Source of the DNA: Alphaproteobacteria bacterium
GTDB taxonomy: Bacteria; Pseudomonadota; Alphaproteobacteria; CAAHEQ01; UBA3637
Assembly (NCBI GenBank): GCA_015062395.1
Contig: SUUS01000002.1
Coordinates: 35,028 to 99,027, forward strand
Direction of reading: 5' to 3'
Length of the DNA: 64,000 nucleotides
Positions 56,988-64,000 of this stretch are shown piece by piece. A program made the translations under genes and the position numbers. The notes beneath the pieces were generated by a model that saw only the letters and a program-made list of their open reading frames with translations, did not search any database and was not told where the DNA came from. Position 1 is the stretch's first letter. Each line of letters opens with the position of its first letter.

Positions 56988-58725
56988 TTTACCTATTCTG
57001 CTTTTTTCAGTTATTTTAGTTATCAGTATATTGACGTCATTGATTTCATCCAGAGCCAACATTCCATTGATTTTGGTTTTTCTTTGTATTGGGGTTTTAT
57101 TTTCGGACAGAGGGGGGCTTGGTATCGTTTCTGGTTATCATCAACCGAAAGTTGCTTTTTTTATTGGTTCGTTGGCTTTGGCGCTTATTTTATTTGACAG
57201 TGGGTTTCAGACGAATTTTAACAGTGTAAAAAAGTATTTAAAGCCATCTGTTTTATTGGCCAGTGTTGGGGTTTTTTTGACGGCTGTACTATTAGCACCT
57301 GCAGCGCATTATGTTGGTCATTTAAGTTGGTTGGAATCTTTTTTGTTGGCTTCTATTATCAGTTCAACAGATGCAGCCGCTGTTTTCTTTGTCCTACGTG
57401 TTGGAGGTGTTTCTATTCGTGAAAAAATTAAGTCAACACTAGAAATGGAATCGGGTAGCAACGATCCAATGGCGATTTTTTTGACTTTTTCTTTTTTATC
57501 TTTGTATCTGGCAACTTCATCTAATCCTTTTTATTTGGGAATACAGTTTTTTTTACAAATGGGCTTCGGTTTGTTTGGTGGAATCGGTATCGGGTTAATT
57601 ATCAAAAGAATTATTGAAAAAGTAGATTTTGATACAGGGCTTTATCCAGTTTTGGTTATTGCAATGGCTTTAACGGGCTTTGCTTTGATAAATATGTTGG
57701 GTGGAAGTGGTTTTTTAGCCTTGTATGTCGGGGGCATTTTACTTGGTCAGGCAAAATTAAAAGGTCATTATCAAACAGTACGCTTCCAAACAACGCTCAC
57801 TTGGTTTAGTCAAATCATTTTGTTTTTGACTTTGGGGTTCTTTGCTGATATGGAAACAATGCCATCTGTATTGATGCCTGCATTAATTTTAAGTATTGTT
57901 CTGATGTTTTTTGCCAGACCGTTGGCTGTGTTTTTATGTTTATTACCATTTCATTATACAAAACGTGAAAAGTTGTTTATTTCGTTCGTTGGATTACGTG
58001 GCGCAACGTCGATATTATTGGCTTTAGCACCTTTGGTTATGAAACTTGAAAATGCGCAGCTTATTTTTTCAATTATTTTTTTAATGGTTTTAATTTCCTT
58101 AACAGTACAAGGTTTTTTGATTGTCCCTGTAGCTAAAAAATGTCGTGTTGTTTTGCCTCAAATAGACAAACCAGCACTAAAAAGTGAAATTGATTTGCCA
58201 GGTTTGGCAGACAGCTTTTTAATTACGTATAAATTAACAGAAACAACCCCTGCTGTTTTAGGTGCAAAAATACCACGTTGGGCTGTTCCAGTGTATGTAC
58301 AAAGAGATGCGATTTCTTATAAAGGTGCCAATATAAAAACATTGAAAGCAGGGGACCAAATATATGTGTTTGCAAGCGATGAAACTTCTGCGCGTGAGTT
58401 GGACCATTTTTACGGTGGTGGACAAGTTGAAGAAAACGCAAACAATATGGGGGATTTTGTTTTGTCTCCTGATATTATGTTAAAAGATTTATCTTATTTG
58501 TATAATGTACCTGTTCCAAAAAGCAAAGAAAATATGACTTTGCGAGAAACGTTGGCTCAAAATTTTTCGGATTTAGATGTTGGAGACAGATTTTTATTTG
58601 GAAAAATAGAATTAATTATTCGAAAAAAGAATGTTGATGACATTGTAGAATTGGGATTGAATTTAGAACCAGAAAGCAAAACGAAAGATTTTGTTCGTTT
58701 ATTAAAATTCAAACGCAAAAAATGA
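56974..58725 (+). CDS. CPA1-family K+/H+ (NhaP2-like) antiporter with C-terminal regulatory domain
   Basis: About 12 TM helices followed by a soluble C-terminal domain. 583 aa. Overlaps the upstream gene by 14 nt. Confidence 0.65.
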   Translation: MEFINLPILLFSVILVISILTSLISSRANIPLILVFLCIGVLFSDRGGLGIVSGYHQPKVAFFIGSLALALILFDSGFQTNFNSVKKYLKPSVLLASVGVFLTAVLLAPAAHYVGHLSWLESFLLASIISSTDAAAVFFVLRVGGVSIREKIKSTLEMESGSNDPMAIFLTFSFLSLYLATSSNPFYLGIQFFLQMGFGLFGGIGIGLIIKRIIEKVDFDTGLYPVLVIAMALTGFALINMLGGSGFLALYVGGILLGQAKLKGHYQTVRFQTTLTWFSQIILFLTLGFFADMETMPSVLMPALILSIVLMFFARPLAVFLCLLPFHYTKREKLFISFVGLRGATSILLALAPLVMKLENAQLIFSIIFLMVLISLTVQGFLIVPVAKKCRVVLPQIDKPALKSEIDLPGLADSFLITYKLTETTPAVLGAKIPRWAVPVYVQRDAISYKGANIKTLKAGDQIYVFASDETSARELDHFYGGGQVEENANNMGDFVLSPDIMLKDLSYLYNVPVPKSKENMTLRETLAQNFSDLDVGDRFLFGKIELIIRKKNVDDIVELGLNLEPESKTKDFVRLLKFKRKK

Positions 58726-58824
58726 TACTTTTATGATAAAGAAAAAAAAGTTGAAATAAAGCTTGCAAAAAAGATAAAAAAAATATAAAAGTATCTATAA
58801 GTTATTAAAAATAAAGAGGAAAAA

Positions 58825-59991
58825 ATGAAAAAAACGATTATTACATTACTTATTTTAGCTTCTTTAGGCTTTGGCGCCTACAGATATTATCCTGTTGTTT
58901 TTTCTAAAAAAGAAGTAAAACAAACAGCAATGACTATGCCTGTCGATGTTGTTGAAGTTAAACAAAAAGATTTTTATCCGTCTTTGAGCTTCGTTTCCAA
59001 AATTGAAGCCAAAGATAAGGTTCAAGTTCGTGCGCGTGTGACTGGTTTTTTAACAAAACGTTTGTTTACAGAGGGTGATTATGTTAAAGAAGGTCAGTTG
59101 TTATTTGAAATAGAAAAAGATCAGTTTGTTGCATCTGTTAACAGTGCTGAAGCAGACTTGGCTAAAGCTCAAGCAAATGAAGAAAATGCAGTTGCGCAGT
59201 TTAAACGGGCAAAAGATTTGTTTAAATCAAAAGATTTGTCTCAAGCAACTTTGGACCAAAGACAGGCAGAATACTCTACGGCAAAAGCAGTTGTTAAACA
59301 AGCTTCAGCGAATTTAGATATTGCAAAATTGAATTTGAATTATACGGATGTTGTGGCACCTATTTCAGGTCGAATTGGGACTGCTGCGTATTCAGTTGGG
59401 GCTTTGATAGGACCTGATTCTGGTTCTTTGGCAACAATCGTTAGCACCAATCCAATGTATGCAGTTTTTTCTGTTTCTGAAAACCAATTATTACAAATGA
59501 AAGACTTTTGGCAATTAGAAGGTGAAGAACATATTCAAATTTCATTTGTTTTTGATGATGGTAAAATTTACAATCAAGCTGGGCGTATGAATTTCGTTGA
59601 TATTGCATTGGATGAACACATGAATACAATGAAAATGCGTGTTTCTTTTGAAAATCCAGAAAATCAGTTGATTGCAGGACAATATGGTCGTGTTGAAATG
59701 CGTTTTACAGATCCTCAAAAAGCGATATTATTGCCATCAGATTTGATTATGCGTGATTTGGTTGGCGCTTATGTTTATGTTGTTAATGCAAATAATATAA
59801 TTGAACAGCGCAGAATTGAAAAAGGATTGGATTTAGCAGATGGTGAAACAATCGTTTTAAGTGGTTTATCCATTGGCGACAAAGTTTTGGCAAGCCATTT
59901 ACAAATGGCGCCACGTTTAGCAAAAAGCCCTGTTAAACCAGTTGTTGTTGAAACAGAAAATAATACACAAAAAACAGAAGAAAAGGAATAA
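58825..59991 (+). CDS. RND efflux periplasmic adaptor subunit (AcrA-like)
   Basis: N-terminal membrane anchor, coiled-coil hairpin, lipoyl and beta-barrel regions. 388 aa. Confidence 0.8.
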   Translation: MKKTIITLLILASLGFGAYRYYPVVFSKKEVKQTAMTMPVDVVEVKQKDFYPSLSFVSKIEAKDKVQVRARVTGFLTKRLFTEGDYVKEGQLLFEIEKDQFVASVNSAEADLAKAQANEENAVAQFKRAKDLFKSKDLSQATLDQRQAEYSTAKAVVKQASANLDIAKLNLNYTDVVAPISGRIGTAAYSVGALIGPDSGSLATIVSTNPMYAVFSVSENQLLQMKDFWQLEGEEHIQISFVFDDGKIYNQAGRMNFVDIALDEHMNTMKMRVSFENPENQLIAGQYGRVEMRFTDPQKAILLPSDLIMRDLVGAYVYVVNANNIIEQRRIEKGLDLADGETIVLSGLSIGDKVLASHLQMAPRLAKSPVKPVVVETENNTQKTEEKE

Positions 59992-59994
59992 CCG

Positions 59995-62900
59995 ATGATT
60001 GCTGACGTATTTATTAAAAGACCACGTTTCGCAATCGTTGTTTCTTTAATTATTACGATTGCAGGTGCTTTGGCTTATTTTAGTTTGCCAGTTGAACAAT
60101 TTCCGAACATTACACCACCACAAGTTGCTGTTAGTGCTACTTATCCAGGTGCGAATGCCGAAGTTATTGAAAGTTCCGTTGCTCAACAAATAGAAGCTGG
60201 TGTTAATGGGGTTGAAGATATGCTTTATATGTCTTCAACATCATCCGATGATGGTAGTTATTCGTTGACGGTGACATTTAAGGTTGGAACAGATCCTGAT
60301 ACGGCAACAATGAATGTACAGAATCGCGTTAAGCAGATAGAAGCAAAGTTGCCAGAAGATGTGATTAAACAAGGTGTTTCTGTGCGTCAAAAAAATACGT
60401 CAATGTTGCAAATTTTCCAATTCGTGGCAGATACAGATCAATACGATTTAACAACCTTGACCAATTATGTTTTGATTAACATCAAAGATGAATTGTCGCG
60501 TGTTAGTGGCGTGGGTGATATTATGGTGTTTTCCCATTATGACTATAGCATGCGTATTTGGGTCAACGATGACAAGTTAAAAAGTTTAAAGTTATCTACA
60601 TCAGATATTGTTCAGGCAGTCAGAAGTCAAAACATTCAAGCTTCAGTTGGTCGTATTGGTTCTATGCCAGCGCCTAAAAATCAGGTGTTCCAAATTACGT
60701 TAACGGCTCAAGGTCGTTTAACTTCAGCAGAAGAATTTGGAAACATTATTATTCGGGCAAATAAAGATGGTTCTTATTTGCGTCTAAAGGATGTTGCAGA
60801 AGTAAAATTAGGTGCTCAATCAGAAGAATGGTCTTCCAGCTATAATGGACATGTCGCAGTGGGTATGGCAATTAATCAGGCTGCAGGTTCAAATGCTATT
60901 GAAGTGGCTTCTGGAATTAGTAAAAAGTTAGAAGAGTTAAAACCACGGATACCAGAAGGTATTTCAATCGAAATGATGTTTGATAATGCGGCATTCGTTA
61001 AACGTTCAATGGGTGAAATTGAAGAAACAATTATCATTGGATTTATTTTGGTTGTTGCTGTTATTTATTTGTTCATGGGTTCTATTAAAACGACGATTAT
61101 ACCACTTTGCGCAATACCTGTTTCTTTGATAGGTGCTTTTGCTGGAATGATGATTTTCGGTGTCACAATTAACACTGTTTCTATGTTGGCATTGGTTCTG
61201 GCCATTGGGGTGGTGGTGGATGATGCAATTGTCGTGGTCGAGGATGTGGAGGCTGTTATGCAAAAGCATCCAAAAGATAAAGCATCTTTAAACGTTAAGC
61301 GTTCTATGGACAGAATTACAAATCCTATTATTGCGACAACGTTAATTTTGTTGGGTGTATTTATTCCAGTTGCATTTATTCCTGGTATTACAGGTTTGTT
61401 GTACAGACAGTTCGCAGTTGCTGTTTGCTGTGCTGTTGTTATTTCTGCAATTAATGCGTTGACGTTGTCTCCAGCGTTGGCTCGCTTGCTGATGAAACCA
61501 AATGCAGAGCATAACAGATTCGTGCAAAAAGCAATGGGTTTTGTTGATGTTTTACGTGATGGTTATGTGAAATTATTAAAACCACTTGTTAAAGTTCCTT
61601 ATATTGTTATTCCCGCTTTGATTGCTGTCGGTATTGGAACTCTTTGTTTGTTCAGAATAACTCCGACGGGTTTTTTACCGTCTGAAGACCAAGGCGCATT
61701 TTTGGGAATGGTTCAATTACCGTCAGGTGCTTCTTTTCATAGAACTCACGCTGTTTTAAAACAAGTTGAAGAGTTGGCGCGTCAAATAGAAGGCGTTAAA
61801 GGTGTTATGACTGTGACGGGTTTTGGTATGCAAACAGGGGCTGGTTCTAATAATGGTTTTGTCGTTGTGAACTTAATTCCTTATGAAGAACGCCAAGCAT
61901 CCAGTTTTTGGGAAAAACTTGCTTGTCGATTTGATGAAAGTAAAACATGCCGTCAAGAAGATTTAACTGTCACACACGTTATTCGTAAATTTAATCAGGT
62001 AATGGGTGCAAATATCAAAGATGCTATTGTTCAAGCATTTAATGTTCCTGCATTGATGGGGGCATCTTCGATGGATGGATTTGAATACGTTTTACAATCA
62101 ACAGAAGGTGTTTCTCCAGAAGAATTGGTTGATATGGCTAATAAAATTTTAATAGAAGCAGGTACCAGACCAGAATTAACAAATGTTATGACGTATTATC
62201 GTGTGGATGGTAAACGTTTGGCAGTCGATGTCAATCGTGAAAAAGCCTATGCATTGGGAGTTTCTGTTTCTGAAATTTTCAATACAATGCAGGCAATTTT
62301 AGGGGGCGTTTATATCAACGACTTTAACTTGTATGGTCGCTCTTGGCAAGTTCGTTTGCAAGGTGTAGAACAAGACCGTTCAACAGTCGAAGACATTTAT
62401 AAAATTGAATTGAAAAATAACAAAGGCGATATGGTTCCTTTACGTTCTTTAATCACGATAAAAGAAACGGTTGGTGCTTCAAGTATTAATCGTTATAATA
62501 ACTATCGTTCTTTGACCATTACAGGACAAAGTGCGCCGGGTTATAGTTCGGGTGATGCGATTAAAGCAATGGCCGAAGTTTCTGAAAAAGTTTTAGAGCC
62601 TGGATTTAAATATGAATGGACAGGAACGTCTGCTCAAGAAGTTGAAGCTGGTGGACAGACAATCATCGTTTTTGCCATGTCTTTCTTGTTCGGATATTTA
62701 TTCTTGGTTGCTTTGTACGAAAGCTGGACATTGCCTTTGTCGGTTATGTTATCAATTATCGTTGGCTTTGCTGGTGCTGTTTTGGCTATTTGGTTCCAAA
62801 GTAAAAATTCAATCTATCCAATTTTTGATGACTTATATGCGCAAATTGGTTTGATTGTTTTGGTGGGATTAGGGGCTAAAAACGCGATTTTATTGGTTGA

Positions 62901-63192
62901 ATTTTCCAAAGATAGACATGAAAAATACAAAGATTCAATAAAAGATGCCGCATTGATGGGTGGCGAATTGCGTTTCAGAGCCATTATGATGACAGCGATA
63001 TCTTCACTGATGGGGTTCTTGCCATTGATTATTGCAACAGGCGCAGGTGCTTTATCCAGAAGAGCCGTTGGTTCGGCAATTTTTGGAGGAATGGCATTTT
63101 CTGCATTTATTGGTATATTCTTTGTACCGTTGCTTTATATTGTTTTGCAGACAATCGCAGAACGAATTTATCCACCAGATAATAAAGATTAA
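59995..63192 (+). CDS. RND efflux permease (AcrB/AcrD family)
   Basis: N-terminus MIADVFIKRPRFAIVVSLIITIAGALAYFSLPVEQFPNITPP is collinear with E. coli AcrB. 12 TM with two large periplasmic loops. 1065 aa. Confidence 0.9.
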   Translation: MIADVFIKRPRFAIVVSLIITIAGALAYFSLPVEQFPNITPPQVAVSATYPGANAEVIESSVAQQIEAGVNGVEDMLYMSSTSSDDGSYSLTVTFKVGTDPDTATMNVQNRVKQIEAKLPEDVIKQGVSVRQKNTSMLQIFQFVADTDQYDLTTLTNYVLINIKDELSRVSGVGDIMVFSHYDYSMRIWVNDDKLKSLKLSTSDIVQAVRSQNIQASVGRIGSMPAPKNQVFQITLTAQGRLTSAEEFGNIIIRANKDGSYLRLKDVAEVKLGAQSEEWSSSYNGHVAVGMAINQAAGSNAIEVASGISKKLEELKPRIPEGISIEMMFDNAAFVKRSMGEIEETIIIGFILVVAVIYLFMGSIKTTIIPLCAIPVSLIGAFAGMMIFGVTINTVSMLALVLAIGVVVDDAIVVVEDVEAVMQKHPKDKASLNVKRSMDRITNPIIATTLILLGVFIPVAFIPGITGLLYRQFAVAVCCAVVISAINALTLSPALARLLMKPNAEHNRFVQKAMGFVDVLRDGYVKLLKPLVKVPYIVIPALIAVGIGTLCLFRITPTGFLPSEDQGAFLGMVQLPSGASFHRTHAVLKQVEELARQIEGVKGVMTVTGFGMQTGAGSNNGFVVVNLIPYEERQASSFWEKLACRFDESKTCRQEDLTVTHVIRKFNQVMGANIKDAIVQAFNVPALMGASSMDGFEYVLQSTEGVSPEELVDMANKILIEAGTRPELTNVMTYYRVDGKRLAVDVNREKAYALGVSVSEIFNTMQAILGGVYINDFNLYGRSWQVRLQGVEQDRSTVEDIYKIELKNNKGDMVPLRSLITIKETVGASSINRYNNYRSLTITGQSAPGYSSGDAIKAMAEVSEKVLEPGFKYEWTGTSAQEVEAGGQTIIVFAMSFLFGYLFLVALYESWTLPLSVMLSIIVGFAGAVLAIWFQSKNSIYPIFDDLYAQIGLIVLVGLGAKNAILLVEFSKDRHEKYKDSIKDAALMGGELRFRAIMMTAISSLMGFLPLIIATGAGALSRRAVGSAIFGGMAFSAFIGIFFVPLLYIVLQTIAERIYPPDNKD

Positions 63193-63239
63193 ACATAACG
63201 CCCTTGGAAACAAGGGCGTTTTAATAAAAATCAAATAAG

Positions 63240-63806
63240 TTATTGTTTTAATATCTCTTTTGCAATTTTTTGACTTAATTGCGCTATGAGTTGACTTTCT
63301 AATGCAACTAAATCTTCGTAATTTTCTGAAGATAACTTTTCTGTTAATTTGGTTTGAGTTTTATAAATTATATTTCCATTTTTATCTAATAAAGACCACC
63401 AAACAGATAATTCGATATTTTGGTTAAAGGTTGCATCTAATTGATGAATGTCAACATAAATAATATAGTCGTATTTTTCTTGGGAAAATGTTTTTTTTCG
63501 GATTAATGATTGAGGGAGCAGGTTGCTTAAATCATTAATGATAACTCTTTGGATTTGTTCATTCAAAGGTTCAGCCCAACGTTTTGTTTCAGATACGTTT
63601 AATTGGAAGGAATCTTTTTCGAAAGAAACAATTTGAGGTTTATCTAAATATGTCGGTATTTTAACAGGTTCAATAGCTATTTGTAGTTGTTTTTTTGATA
63701 TACTTTGTTCGTTTATACTTTTCAACATATAAAATTGAGATTGAGGGGATGTGCCAATACAACCAGATAAAATAAGTGTTGTTATAAGTAGTGGAAGTTT
63801 TTTCAT
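63240..63806 (-). CDS. ABC-transport auxiliary lipoprotein (DUF330/PqiC-like)
   Basis: Lipobox LSGC. 188 aa. Lies downstream of an MCE-family gene. Confidence 0.5.
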   Translation of the reverse strand: MKKLPLLITTLILSGCIGTSPQSQFYMLKSINEQSISKKQLQIAIEPVKIPTYLDKPQIVSFEKDSFQLNVSETKRWAEPLNEQIQRVIINDLSNLLPQSLIRKKTFSQEKYDYIIYVDIHQLDATFNQNIELSVWWSLLDKNGNIIYKTQTKLTEKLSSENYEDLVALESQLIAQLSQKIAKEILKQ

Positions 63807-63807
63807 G

Positions 63808-64000
63808 TTAGTAAGCTCCTTTTCCTTTTAATAATGCTTCTGGATGTCTTTCTAAATAATCTGCAAAATTACGTAAGGCTTTTGCAGCAGAAGAAACATC
63901 TGTTAATGTTTGGTTGAAATTAATGAGAGTATCTGTTGTTTGAGGTGTTATTTCACTGACTATGTTAGATAGTTGATTTATTATTTTTTCCAATTTAGGT
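63808..64000 (-). CDS. MCE/PqiB-family protein, C-terminal fragment (gene continues beyond window)
   Basis: C-terminal helix ...AAKALRNFADYLERHPEALLKGK is typical of MlaD/PqiB termini. Truncated by the window edge. Confidence 0.35.
   Translation of the reverse strand, partial: PKLEKIINQLSNIVSEITPQTTDTLINFNQTLTDVSSAAKALRNFADYLERHPEALLKGKGAY

Overview
This is an AT-rich chromosomal window, roughly one-third GC judged by eye (not computed), from what looks like a reduced alphaproteobacterium. The inference rests on hdaA, a DUF2336 protein, a PhoB-like regulator and the lptD-surA-ksgA-folD gene order with pdxA absent.

- **1-7.6 kb: T7-like prophage late module.** All genes are on the + strand: a scaffold-like protein, a gp10-like capsid followed by a strong hairpin terminator as in T7, gp11/gp12-like tail tubular proteins, a large terminase, and a lysis cassette with a SleB-type endolysin, holin candidates and an embedded lipoprotein Rz/Rz1-like pair. 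The module continues upstream beyond the window start.
- **7.6-8.3 kb: non-coding patch.** It holds a G12 homopolymer and a GC-rich island of repeated ATGACGT motifs.
- **8.3-35.3 kb: mostly housekeeping.** Calls include an XRE regulator, lnt, rpe, phoB-like, hdaA, an AI-2E transporter, ndk, a HIT protein, a CBS/CorC protein, aroK, xerD, an in-frame LptG-LptD read-through ORF, surA, ksgA, DUF167 and folD.
- **Small accessory patch within that stretch.** A long-tailed RNase H, a Firmicutes-type acyl-ACP thioesterase, tRNA-Lys(CTT) whose 3' end plus about 200 bp is tandemly repeated 2.4 times (att-like scar), an orphan 340-aa gene, pgpA, a flavodiiron FprA, a 2-hydroxyacid dehydrogenase and a HAD hydrolase.
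- **35.4-53.6 kb: an ~18 kb co-directional type IV secretion-like island between folD and typA.** In order it contains:
  - three secreted alpha-helical VirB5/TrbJ-sized proteins;
  - a 679-aa secreted Gly/Ser-rich protein with 39-bp tandem repeats;
  - a 642-aa secreted unknown;
  - VirB8-like (a), a VirB7-like lipoprotein and VirB8-like (b);
  - a 540-aa VirB9-like protein with a C-terminal SPOR domain;
  - a 2488-aa VirB10 homolog, with about 1,800 residues of short GxVxDxxGxxIGxV-type repeats ending in near-perfect 237-bp tandem copies, inserted between the N-terminal TM helix and the canonical VirB10 barrel domain, plus an acidic tail;
  - VirB11.
  No VirB2, B3, B4, B6, D4 or relaxase lies in the window. 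The overall architecture recalls H. pylori CagT/CagX/CagY and may be undescribed.
- **53.7-64 kb: housekeeping again.** typA, xseB, a LOG-family protein, NhaP2, an RND efflux pair (adaptor and pump), a PqiC-like lipoprotein and a partial MCE-family gene.

All functional calls are by eye from motifs and synteny; no database searches were run.
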